This document shows, piece by piece, positions 53,167-64,000 of a stretch of DNA of 64,000 nucleotides. The position numbers were made by a program, and so were the translations under genes. Position 1 is the first letter of the stretch. Every line of letters begins with the position of its first letter. The notes under the pieces were generated by a model. That model was not told the DNA's origin. It made no database searches and saw only the letters and a program-made list of their open reading frames with translations. Origin of the DNA: Octopus bimaculoides (Eukaryota); contig NC_068997.1 in NCBI RefSeq assembly GCF_001194135.2, positions 1,362,559 to 1,426,558 on the forward strand. Direction: 5' to 3'.

Positions 53167-53310
53167 AATAACAACAGACGAGGACAGGTGGTGTAAATAA
53201 CAAAAGTATATATTAGTATGACGCTCGGGAATACGGAAAGTCTTTGACGTTTCGAGCTACGCTCTTCAACAGAAAGAATACGGAGACAAGGAGAAAAACA
53301 CGGAGAAAAA
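53167..53310 (-). mobile_element. Penelope-like (PLE) terminal-repeat-type short element carrying a hammerhead-like motif
   Basis: Minus strand tctttctgttgaagagcgtagctcgaaacgtcaaaga. A related decayed copy lies at about 24400-24485 on the + strand. The tgaaga...cgaaacgt pattern is characteristic of PLE ends. Confidence 0.6.
53241..53277 (-). ncRNA. Minimal type I hammerhead-ribozyme-like motif (variant core; activity unproven)
   Basis: Helix I UCUUU/AAAGA; core CUGUUGA(A); helix II GAG-cguag-CUC; GAA; palindromic ACGU helix III; GUC cleavage triplet. Deviates from canonical CUGANGA at position 6 and has one extra A. Confidence 0.35.
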
Positions 53311-53583
53311 GAATTGAATAGTGTTCAGTCAACGGTCAATCATAATATATATATGTGTGTGTGTGTGTATGTATGTATCGTATGTATGGATGTATGTAAA
53401 ATGTGTGTGTGTATGTGTGTGTGTGTGCATGCGTATGTTCGTGGAGAAAAAGTGAATGATAAAGAAAGAAGAGAAAACTTTCGATGTTATATTATTAGTT
53501 GTACGTGGGGAACTGGGGGAATCCAGTCTGGGATCCTGAATCGGTATTAGACGTGTTAACAAAATAAATCTAAGAGAACGCCG

Positions 53584-53655
53584 GTCTCTCTCTGCCTCCC
53601 CCTGTCTCTCTCTGCCTCCTCCTGTCTCTCTCTGCCTCCCCCTGTCTCTCTCTCT
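53584..53655. repeat. 20-bp minisatellite, about 3.5 copies
   Basis: (ctctctctgcctccYcctgt)n. Confidence 0.85.
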
Positions 53656-53889
53656 CTACACACACATACACATATATTAATGTAACTAAGAGTACAATCG
53701 CGGATGTAAATTCCATTCAGATCTTGTGGAATCCTATTGATCGGAATAGTTGGCCATGAATGGATAGCTGCAGAGAGCTTACAAGATGTCTGCCTGGATT
53801 TGCAAATTCCTACTACTTTAAGTTATATATGTACACACACAAATACACATATGTATTTAGACTCAACATTTCTACCTTGATTTGCAATC

Positions 53890-54500
53890 ATCCAAAAGGA
53901 ACCAGGTTCCCCATTCCTTATTCATAAATCCTCCTTCTCTATCATCTGTGCAGCTTTGTACAATGTTTTGAGAACCATCCTCAAACATGGTCCCTCTCTT
54001 TATTCAGTTGTGAAACCTGTTGCCTTATTCTAAGCCAACCAGTGTATCAGCAATTCTGTGCCCCCTTCTCGCATCTGCTCCACTTCCAAAAGCCTTCTTT
54101 TTTCTCCTCACTTGCCACCTCTCATCTTTACCCACTTAATTTACGTCTTCCAGTCAACCCCTGTTGTCCTTCATATCTTTCCTAATCTCGATCTCATTCA
54201 AAAGTTTCCACAAAGGCGCAACGTACCATTTTGTAAATCTTTCGTCTCTCTTTGTACTCCGTGGACCCATACCTAGTTCCAGGCATCATGGTCGCGTCTA
54301 TCTCTTCCCTATCAATACCAATTACTGAAAACACTTCTTTCTGATTCTTTCAGCTGTACCTCCGCTAGCATCATATATTATTCCAAATGCTTCTCTTGCA
54401 ATGTCGTTATGTAAATGATAAACTCGCCACCATTTGGTTGACCGATTTATTGACCATCTGCATTGGCAGAGACGTGTCTGTCTTCCCTTCTTTCGGGTCT
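53890..54500 (-). mobile_element. Possible highly decayed LINE fragment (linker/RT start)
   Basis: Purine-rich minus strand with interrupted frames including MREGGTELLIHWL, reminiscent of the EMLxxGGxxLxxWL segment before RT. No catalytic motif recovered. Confidence 0.3.
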
Positions 54501-54756
54501 GCAGACCACTCGCCATGCTATCCTTCACTGCTGGACTTGGCTTTACAGACTGGATCTAAGAACTCCAGGGTTCGTGTAGAGCAGCGATGTATATTTTATC
54601 TCCAATCTTACTTTCCTATCACAACCACCGATGTTCCGGCTCTCATACGCACAAACACTCATGCACATAAAAACACACATCACAAAAGATTATATATCAC
54701 ACAGAGACGCAACCAAAGATACATACAGAACACACACTAAACCAACACGGACTTAC

Positions 54757-54927
54757 CCTAAAAGAAAACATCCTGATTTTATTATGATTTGAAAGCGGTA
54801 AAGAAAAGAATTGGACGGAAACGCTGTCAGAGTGGTTTCTAAGAAATCGCAAAGGAAACAGGAAGACAATGAACAAAATGATGGACAAACTTGACAAGAA
54901 CAGGAGATCAGGAACCTGAAACTTCAT
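54757..54927 (-). CDS. Candidate first exon ORF (57 codons) with a hydrophobic signal/anchor-like segment; may instead be 5'UTR or a uORF
   Basis: MKFQVPDLLFLSSLSIILFIVFLFPLRFLRNHSDSVSVQFFSLPLSNHNKIRMFSFR ends at a consensus donor AGG|GTAAGT (exon ends 54757, phase 0). ATG context is weak (cctATGA). The exon status is better supported than the coding status. Confidence 0.35.
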
Positions 54928-54929
54928 AG

Positions 54930-55110
54930 GTTCCGGTTTTGGGCCACAGATTTCGTAACCGAGTTTTTCCAGTTTTCGCCAAATACTACAATAGAGACAC
55001 ACACACACACACACACACATAACGCACGCACGCGCGCGCAATTCAAACCGCTTATACGCTTTCACATATCTTTGAAAACCTGACTTAGCTGGCCCATCAC
55101 TTCCGGTCAG
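54930..55110 (-). promoter_or_regulatory. Putative promoter/TSS region with ETS-type motifs
   Basis: ACCGGAAGTG on the minus strand (cacttccggt, 55098-55107) and a second ACCGGAA at 54931-54937. CpG-containing tract acgcacgcacgcgcgcgc lies next to (CA)n. All are immediately upstream of the perfect donor at 54756. Confidence 0.4.
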
Positions 55111-55321
55111 TGAACAAACATCACTGGTTAACATAAACAACCCAATAAGGCAATTTCACCTTAGCATTTTTTCATTTTATTTCAACTTTGTCCTCGCCAT
55201 TGATTTCTTCCCATTCTATTCTGAAGTAGTACAAGGTCCAAAACGCCACCATTGATTCGCCAATTCAAATAACTTTGATGATAAATGTATCCAGTCATGT
55301 TGCAGCTTTCTTTCCTTTACC

Positions 55322-55364
<43 letters not shown>

Positions 55365-55374
55365 NNNNNNNNNN

Positions 55375-55410
<36 letters not shown>

Positions 55411-56231
55411 CACCGTTTAATGAGAAGAGATAAAAAAAAAGAAAGAGAGCAAGAAATGATACAACTAATGATAGAAATGTAGATATAATGGGAAGAATAT
55501 TGGTGCTATTTTCAAAAACAATAGGATATTATAGTACTGCAACTACTGGTTCTGCTGATATTGTTATTGTAGCACTTGCTAATGCTCTTGTTGATGTTTT
55601 TGTTGTCGTATCTGATGCAAGACCTTGTTTATTGATTAGCTAAACGTCCCTGTTGAAATACAGGAAATTAAGGTTAACTGGACGGAGAAAATATTTAATA
55701 AAATATTGAGAATTAGGCGGATATTACTGGGGAAATTAATTCAAAATAAGTCACAACAACAACAACTGTAACAACGATAACAAGTACAACAAGAAATCCT
55801 ACGAAACAATACCTCCATTACAACGACTACAGTCAGAACAACAACAACAACGACGACGAATACTATTATAACTACAACTGTAGCTTTTACAACAGCAACA
55901 ACGTACATGGTTGCTATAACACAGTAGGTCAATCACAACATAAGCAACCATCACAATCAAGTCGATTTCACAAAAACCACCGATCAAAATACGACATGTA
56001 TTTAGAAAATAATGTCCATATTCTATTTTCTCAGTTGTCAAAGTTAATTTTAATTACGCAATAATAAAAAAAAAATTACGAACTAAACATTTAGCTAACG
56101 AGCTAGACGCAAGCTTAGTGGGGGAAACCGGCATGTCTCCACTATAAAGTTTACTAAAAACTGTTTGATCCAAATTCGATCCTCCTGCAAGAGTCTCCAA
56201 GTATGGTCTGGAGGTGAGCAATAATTAATCT

Positions 56232-56800
56232 TTTAATTTTTACTTGTTTTAATCACTGGACTGAGGCTATGATGGGGCACTGCCTTGAAGAGTTTTATTC
56301 AAATAAATCTACCCCACTACTTGTGGAAGCGCTTGACTTAGTGGTTAGCCTGATAGACACCTGCTCGTAAGATTGTGGTTTCGCTTCCCGGATCAGGCGG
56401 CGCGTTGTGGTTTTGAGAAAAACACATCATTTCAGGTTGCTCTAGTCCACTTAGCTGACGAAAATGAGTCATTCTGCGATGGACTGGCTACCCATCCAGG
56501 CGGAGAGTATATACACCATGAAACCGAGAAGCCAGCCATTATGAGTTGGCATGACTCGAGAAGGTAACTTTACCTTTTACCTAACATTACCCCAGTACTT
56601 ATATTTGGAAGTCTGGTACTTACTTATTCTACTTATTCTACAAGTTACGGGGACGTAAGCTAACCAACACTGGTTGTCAAGCTGTGGTAGGTTACAAACA
56701 CAAATCCACACACCAATACATATATACAACGAGCTTCTATCAGTTTCCGTCTACCAAATTCACTTACAGCTCGGGGGTCAGCTCGGGGCTATAGTAAAAG
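56232..56800 (-). mobile_element. Old SINE family B copy interrupted by a younger SINE
   Basis: Family B tail at 56232-56322; body resumes at 56588-56800 (aagttacggggacgtaa, ctggttgtcaagc, cagtttccgtctaccaaattcac). Confidence 0.7.
56323..56582 (+). mobile_element. tRNA-derived SINE (family D) nested in a family B copy
   Basis: tRNA-like head gtggaagcgcttgacttagtggttagc...gtggtttcgcttcccgg, body ctgcgatggactggctacccatccagg, (acctttt)n tail. Flanked by a 13-bp duplication. Confidence 0.75.
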
Positions 56801-57125
56801 ATTTCTATTGGTCATCCAAATCTACATCAGGTCACATCCGCGCCGTCATAGATCAGAAAAAATAATCTGTTCTAATATGCAGGGAATGTATGTGATGGTG
56901 ACAGGTGAAGTTTCTGTGATAATAGGGTTGATCAATCGCAGCTAACTTGGAACTACAAATAGATGTTAGGGTCACGTAACTAAAGTCCCGATGTTATGAG
57001 ATCTGCCTGAAGACCCACCTGACAAGAAGCAGCGAGGTAGCTGTAGTGATGTTAGAAGTCTTCTCCATCAAATATTAAGTAGGCGCGCATTTATGAACAA
57101 TAAATCGGGGGACTAGAAAATTTAA

Positions 57126-57236
57126 GAAATATAACGTGTCTTAAATGGCACAAAATTGCAGAGTGGACTATAATAACTGTTATGACAGTTATAGTCCACT
57201 CTGCGTTGTTGTGCCATTCAAGACACAATATATTTC
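57126..57236. repeat. Near-perfect palindrome of about 110 bp
   Basis: Arms 57126-57180 and 57185-57236 around a 4-nt loop (tatg). Core gcagagtggactata/tatagtccactctgc is perfect; one 3-nt bulge and a few mismatches elsewhere. Confidence 0.9.
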
Positions 57237-58224
57237 ACAAACAATACACAATGCTTCAAGCGAACAACAATGCTCTCCTATAATATTTAAGTGAAGAGAA
57301 CATGTAGTATAGTTTACAGTCATGTGACCTCGAAATACGAACTTTAACGTGAAGCTGAGTTAATCACCGATGATTAATATATTTGACGGTTACTTCGATA
57401 GATACAAGAGAAAAAAAAACAGATTGTACGAAGAGGGAAAGAGGTAAGAATGACAGTCTTGAAATAGGGGCAGTATATATCGAAGGAAGACTTACGCGAT
57501 GAAGTTATATGAGAAGAGAGGTAGTCAATGGAGAAATATAATAGGAAGCGTAGAAAAACAAGTGGGAATAAAAATAGTAATGTTAAAAGCGAAAGTGAAG
57601 AAAAAAAATAAAGGCCAATATTAAAGTACAATAGAGCATTTGCAATGATGTTTTACATACAGAATGAAATTTTGCTGACTGACTCAATATTTATGAACAA
57701 GTGTATTCGTAAATCTTAAAATTAGAACGGCACGGATCTTTAAAATAGGATCAATAACTCCACAGACACAATTATTTTTAATGTTAAAAATATTCCCTTG
57801 GTTCCGACGATGCCGTTAGAATTATGGTTACACATCTAAGGCTTCTAGAACAGATAAACTACTGTCATGGATAGTTTGAGAAATTTTGAGATTTCTCTAT
57901 TGTTCTTATCACTGGTGGAAATAATGTCATGTTTCATTTCTTGAAAGGAAAAATACAATAATAATAATAATAATAATAAATTGATAGAAATTTTCTGGTG
58001 TAATTCCGGATTAATCTATTCGATTGAGATTAGGATAGCTTAAATATGTGAACGGTGTAGGTCTGAGTGTTATACAGAACTAAACACGTATGTCCGTCAT
58101 GTGCCACATATTTATAACCGAGACAAACAGGAACTTAAGCGGAAACTAAAATAAACTTTCTCATAGACAAAGCTGGAGTAAAACGAAAAATCTAACTCCA
58201 GTCATCTTTTATAACATGTAAAAA

Positions 58225-58232
58225 TAATAATG

Positions 58233-58308
<76 letters not shown>

Positions 58309-58340
58309 TAATAATAATGATAATAATAATGATAATAACA
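58225..58340. repeat. (TAA)n/(TGA) microsatellite
   Basis: Visible directly. Confidence 0.95.
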
Positions 58341-58639
58341 TGAATACATTCCACTTTAGAAAATATAATCAATTATTCTGTTTCTTTTAAAACAAGCATC
58401 TTCCTTCCTTTTCTTTCGTGTTTGTAAAATACATCTAACTCACACAGGGCAAAAACATACAAACTAACAAAACAAGCAAAATGGAAACAAATGTATGTTT
58501 TCGTAATTCTAATCTTTTATTCAATCTCTCTTATGAATTACAAAAACATGAAATTGTTTCTTTAAGTCTTCGAGCCGAAAATCTTGGATGAATGCAATCA
58601 TATATGAAGATGTTGCATGCAGGCACACATTTAGATGTT

Positions 58640-58659
58640 GCTCTCTCCCACTCTCTCTC

Positions 58660-58700
<41 letters not shown>

Positions 58701-58710
58701 NNNNNNNNNN

Positions 58711-58750
<40 letters not shown>

Positions 58751-58884
58751 TTCTCTTTCTGACGCAAGCAGGAGCACACGAATATATATGTATGTAGAAA
58801 AAGTATGTCAAGTGTATATATTATATGCGTGTGTAAAAACAATGCATCTATTGTTATGCAAATATATAAACATATGCAATCGAA

Positions 58885-58939
<55 letters not shown>

Positions 58940-58998
58940 ATGTGTGTTTATGTATATCTCTGTGTGNNNNNNNNNNTCTATATGTGTGTTTATGTATA

Positions 58999-59052
<54 letters not shown>
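58640..59052. repeat. Cluster of (CT)n, (TCTA)n and (TG)n microsatellites
   Basis: Visible directly; includes two 10-N placeholder gaps. Confidence 0.9.
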
Positions 59053-59054
<2 letters not shown>

Positions 59055-59674
59055 TGTGATCCCATGCTGATATATCATGTGTCTGTGTGTTTGTATTTTA
59101 GTCGTAGGAATACATTTCTTGGAGCTATGCACTTTACATATCCCTTCCCACCAAATAATATCAATTTCTTTGGAAGCTACACTATCAAACTACACTGTTC
59201 ATTTATCCAAGATCCATATCATGCATTGCATATTAATTTAAAAGATTTCCCAATAGGTATTCTACATTGTTTCTAATGGTATAAGACAAGAAAGTTCAAT
59301 TTCTATCAAGTGCATTGTTTGTTGGAATACAATATCTGAAAGCGTGCCAGGAATTCAGAAGTAGAATGGAAAATTAGTTTGGAATTTATTATCATTGAAG
59401 TACAAGAGTTAATGTAATAAATATTAATTCACTAAAAGCAACTCTTCTTTTCTGCTGAACACTTATTACATCAAGTACTTTCACTGGAATATAATTCAAG
59501 GTAACCGTAGAAAACTACACATAAAATATCACTTCTGTATGGGGTTGAAACACTACTACCTTTACTAGTGCACAGTTTTGTGTACCTTGTGCACGTGTAG
59601 TGATTCTGTTTTGTATTACGTTTTTGTTGTAATCAAAAGAGTTATTTTTTATTAATATTACTTCTACTATACGA

Positions 59675-59860
59675 GGCGGCGAGCTGGCAGGATGGTTAGG
59701 ACAACCTACTAAGTGTTATTTCTACTCATTTGACGTTTGGAGTTCAAATTTCGTCGAGGATGTTCATCATTTTGTAGTCGATAAAATAAATAGCAGTCTG
59801 GGGTCGATGTAATCGACATGATCCCTCTTTAAAAATATTTCAGACCTTGTGCCGACGATA
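59675..59860 (+). mobile_element. SINE family C copy
   Basis: ggcggcgagctggcag head, ggagttcaaattt B box, gtcgataaaataa, ctggggtcgatgtaatcgac, ccttgtgcc tail. Confidence 0.75.
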
Positions 59861-60015
59861 AAAAGAAAGTTACTTCCACCAACCATGGTGACTGATAGTG
59901 CAGGGCAGCACTGTATAGATAAAAATAAGAGTTAAAATCCCTCAGTCGCAAAGAAGCACATATCTATGCACTGACAGGAGAGATAACCACCCCTCTCTCT
60001 CTATCTATCTGTCTA

Positions 60016-60053
<38 letters not shown>

Positions 60054-60057
60054 AATC

Positions 60058-60123
<66 letters not shown>

Positions 60124-61010
60124 CATACATTCGCGATTCAATTTAAAAAGCATTTACAACTATCTTAAGTATGACCAACACAGTATGAGGATTCTCTTAC
60201 AATATTTTCAGGTCCTAATTTTAGCATTTTCTAACAGTGAAGAATTATTACATCCATTTTCTAACACCTTTTTCTATTTTTACATTTGCGTTCTGAGAGA
60301 GTTGGCAGAGTGTCATAGGGTAGAATACCACAAGTGATTGTTACATGTGAATCTATTCCTCGACATCAAGATGTGAAGCAGAATAGTTTCCGCTTCCATA
60401 TAGTTGTTAATAGCCAATGGTTTACAGTGCCATTTGTGCCAGTGAGGATCGGATTAGTAACACGATGAAAACTGCAAGGAAACTGCTCTTTTAGCTGCTT
60501 TATCCGGTGATTTCTGTAACGTATTTACGAATTTCTCCCTTTAGAAATTCTAAACAGAAAGCTAGACATGTTCCTTAATAACTTGCTCGGTACAACCCTG
60601 GTAGGTAGCATCTAAGGGTTCCAACTTGATTTCAGTATTGTTATGTTCTCTCTTTTGTCTTAAAAACTGATGAACGCAAAATGCCTGAACTTTATAACAC
60701 AGATAGCATTTTTATATTCAAACTGGAGAATCAAATGAATATTGTAAAGCTTAATACTTGAAACTGAAGAGGTTAAATGAGTCGGATTATATATACATTT
60801 AGCTACGTCATTTGTCGTAAACTGTTCAGGGCAGTGTGATATTCTGTGGTGTACTGAAACTAAAATAAACCATTCGTCTTCATTTATTATACATATTGTA
60901 GGAAACATAGTTATTTCTTAGAATATATCTGTGGTGATGGTCTTGTATCGCCAAACTGTGTTGTTGTTGTTCACCTACTGAGGCTAAATCTGTCCATCAA
61001 GTCAGACTTC

Positions 61011-61043
<33 letters not shown>

Positions 61044-61044
<1 letters not shown>

Positions 61045-61225
61045 GAGGAGGTTCTAAAAAGTTGCTGGCTTTGGGTAAGTAAAAGAAAATACAGACGATC
61101 AGTTAATTATGATTCCATTCAACGTATTCCCCTCACAGATCTATACACTTATTGCAGCGGTCCTTCAATTATTCTAAACCATGTAGAAAAACTCGGAAGG
61201 TTGGGCTTCCAAGCAAGTTTTCCGC
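61044..61225 (-). mobile_element. Mariner 3' end fragment
   Basis: TA|cgaggaggttctaaaaagt terminus. The minus strand reads DRCNKCIDL*GEYVE, matching the mariner C-terminal RWxKCxxxxGxYVE motif. Confidence 0.75.
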
Positions 61226-61270
61226 TATAACCTTAGAACCAGAACCTTAGAACTTATATAAATACATACA

Positions 61271-61316
<46 letters not shown>

Positions 61317-62297
61317 NNNNNNNNNNNNNNNNNNNNNNNNNNNNNNNNNNNNNNNNNNNNNNNNNNNNNNNNNNNNNNNNNNNNNNNNNNNNNNNNNNNN
61401 NNNNNNNNNNNNNNNNNNNNNNNNNNNNNNNNNNNNNNNNNNNNNNNNNNNNNNNNNNNNNNNNNNNNNNNNNNNNNNNNNNNNNNNNNNNNNNNNNNNN
61501 NNNNNNNNNNNNNNNNNNNNNNNNNNNNNNNNNNNNNNNNNNNNNNNNNNNNNNNNNNNNNNNNNNNNNNNNNNNNNNNNNNNNNNNNNNNNNNNNNNNN
61601 NNNNNNNNNNNNNNNNNNNNNNNNNNNNNNNNNNNNNNNNNNNNNNNNNNNNNNNNNNNNNNNNNNNNNNNNNNNNNNNNNNNNNNNNNNNNNNNNNNNN
61701 NNNNNNNNNNNNNNNNNNNNNNNNNNNNNNNNNNNNNNNNNNNNNNNNNNNNNNNNNNNNNNNNNNNNNNNNNNNNNNNNNNNNNNNNNNNNNNNNNNNN
61801 NNNNNNNNNNNNNNNNNNNNNNNNNNNNNNNNNNNNNNNNNNNNNNNNNNNNNNNNNNNNNNNNNNNNNNNNNNNNNNNNNNNNNNNNNNNNNNNNNNNN
61901 NNNNNNNNNNNNNNNNNNNNNNNNNNNNNNNNNNNNNNNATATATGCATATATATATATATACATATGCCATTCAGTTCGGGGGAATGACCAAATCAATC
62001 TTTCTCATGTAAGTTAATATTAGTACTACATAATCCACTGAAGATGTTAGGGTGAGATTTGAAGGAGATTTAGCTGTATATCTAGCTGCTGAGCGACTCT
62101 ATGCAAACTTTTCCCAGAAGCCTTTAAGTGTGAGAGGTGTACACTGTGTCAAAGTAAGCAACGGTCTGCCAAAAGAAACCATGCCATTTACAAATTAAAC
62201 TTCCTCTTAGTTGTAATATCAGCAGTAGCAGACTTGATGCTACTTTGGAAATGATATTTCTTTTTCACTGATTACACATTCTATTTCAATAAACCTC

Positions 62298-62321
62298 GGG
62301 TTAGGGTTAGGGTTAGGGTTA
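62298..62321 (+). repeat. Short interstitial telomeric-type repeat, (TTAGGG)3 plus partial units
   Basis: gggttagggttagggttagggtta. Confidence 0.85.
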
Positions 62322-62336
62322 TACAACATATTTTTT

Positions 62337-62373
62337 GCGTATGCTATGCTATGCTATGCTATGCTATGCTATG

Positions 62374-62428
<55 letters not shown>

Positions 62429-62815
62429 CCTACCTACCTACCTATCTATCTATCTACCTATCTACCTATCTACCTTCCTACCTGTCTATGTATGTATGTA
62501 TGTATGTATGTATGTATGTATNNNNNNNNNNNNNNNNNNNNNNNNNNNNNNNNNNNNNNNNNNNNNNNNNNNNNNNNNNNNNNNNNNNNNNNNNNNNNNN
62601 NNNNNNNNNNNNNNNNNNNNNNNNNNNNNNNNNNNNNNNNNNNNNNNNNNNNNNNNNNNNNNNNNNNNNNNNNNNNNNNNNNNNNNNNNNNNNNNNNNNN
62701 NNNNNNNNNNNTGTATCTATCTATCTATCTATCTACCTACCTACCTACCTACCTACCTACCTACCTACCTATCTATCTACCTACCTATCTATCTATCTAT
62801 CTATCTATCTATCTC
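62337..62815. repeat. Compound (CTATG)n(CTAT)n(CTAC)n(TATG)n array spanning a gap
   Basis: Visible directly. Confidence 0.95.
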
Positions 62816-63336
62816 AGTAGTAAACTTACTTTGTGTGTTTTTGCCTTTTTATGTGACATGTGTGAATATATCTGTTTCAGCCTATACATAAATACTTATA
62901 TTAAAACTTCATGCATAAACATTCCTTATGTTTTCTTTCGACACAGAAGATGGGTTTTAAATGTCATTATCAACGTAAGACAATATTCACAATCTCTATA
63001 TACTTTGGTGCTTTACACGAAAATTCAATAAACAAGATGTACACTCAATATGATTCAGTTTTGTGAAACCTTATAATGCTAAACCAACAACGACACAAAG
63101 AAAATCATACATGAAGCAACAACGAAACCTAAAAAAGTAATTATATTATTGAAAAGTGAGATTGTTGGAACCTATTCTACCTCAAGTTTTTCCGTCTATC
63201 AGAATAAATGTGAACCGGAGACACGAAAATAGGACATATTAATGTATTTTAAACTGAGTTTGTCGGCGGATGTGAAAGAAGCGTGTCAATTGCGAGGATC
63301 GAACGCATACCTTGGTGACATTAGAGAACTTAAAAG

Positions 63337-63495
63337 TCTGAGTTCAAATTCCGCCGAGGTTGACTTTACCTTTCATCCTTTCGGGGTCGATAAATTAAAT
63401 ACCAGTTACGCACTAGGGTAGACTTAATCCCTTTGTCTGTCATTGTTTGTCCCCTCTATGTTTATCCCATTTTGGGCAATAAAGAAATAAGAAAC
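63337..63495 (+). mobile_element. Well-preserved 5'-truncated SINE family C copy
   Basis: tctgagttcaaattccgccgaggttgactttacctttcatcctttcggggtcgataaattaaataccag...gggcaataaagaaataagaaac. Confidence 0.85.
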
Positions 63496-63694
63496 ATTTA
63501 GCATATTTATAGCCTTTTGAAATTTTGCTGACATATTGCTTAGGTGTTAATGGTGGTGCGACTGCTGCCGCTACCGCGACCACCACCATTAAGTTAGTTG
63601 ACTACACATACCATTACTAATCCTGTACTGTGCGGTTCCTTGATTGGCTCCGAGTGTGTTACCCCACCACTCTATTGGATGTGGGGGTTAAGGC

Positions 63695-63797
63695 GATTAC
63701 ATAGACCCCAGTGCTCAAGTGCTATTTATTTTATCGACCCGGAGTGTATGAAAGGCAAAATTGATTTTGGCGGAATTTGAACACAAAACGTAAAGAT
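63695..63797 (-). mobile_element. SINE family C fragment
   Basis: gaccccagtgctcaa...tttatcgacccggag...atgaaaggcaaa...ggcggaatttgaac. Confidence 0.7.
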
Positions 63798-64000
63798 CCC
63801 CCCACCCTGCTACCAATATATTTAAGGATGATATAATGTTTGCTTTGGAAAACGTTGTTTAGTCAGTTACGTTCATTCCTCGCAATATATTTCCAGTCCC
63901 TGTTTAATCTCCTACTGGGATGTGAAACTAAAATATCTTGATTGTAATAATAGATTGTTGATAAAGTACACACTGTTTCCCAAAGGTTTACTATCATGAC

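Noticed and set aside
55750-56065. About 100 open codons without ATG, rich in T/N/Y
   Set aside because: Degenerate (AAC)n repeat, which avoids stop codons by composition; no convincing splice signals.
63547-63592. 12-bp inverted repeat bounded by TTAA (piggyBac-like)
   Set aside because: Only 46 bp, arms are (GGT)n low complexity, and no piggyBac-type CCC termini.

Overview
AT-rich eukaryotic draft-assembly DNA with about 15 sizeable N gaps and very dense di-, tri- and tetranucleotide microsatellites. The SINE complement points to a cephalopod, most likely Octopus (inference from recalled repeat families, not a database hit). Most of the window is non-coding and repeat-derived. It holds at least four tRNA-derived SINE types (about 25 copies or fragments), three mariner fragments, a pogo/Tigger-like MITE and two decayed LINE reverse-transcriptase (RT) fragments. 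It also holds a 5'-truncated R4/Dong-clade retrotransposon sitting inside (TAA)n, two Penelope-like short repeats with hammerhead-ribozyme-like cores, and two foldback structures. The only credible host-gene signal is on the minus strand: a putative promoter/first exon at about 54.76-55.11 kb and a 77-codon coding exon (42662-42892) starting MGDMVSSCL, which I cannot name. Almost all long ORFs in the supplied track are artefacts of microsatellites or N runs. No prokaryotic features, CRISPR arrays, rRNA or true tRNA genes were seen. I found no evidence for a clearly new multi-gene system; the best leads are the unnamed gene with a possible upstream microprotein ORF, the hammerhead-like repeats and the microsatellite-targeted retroelements.
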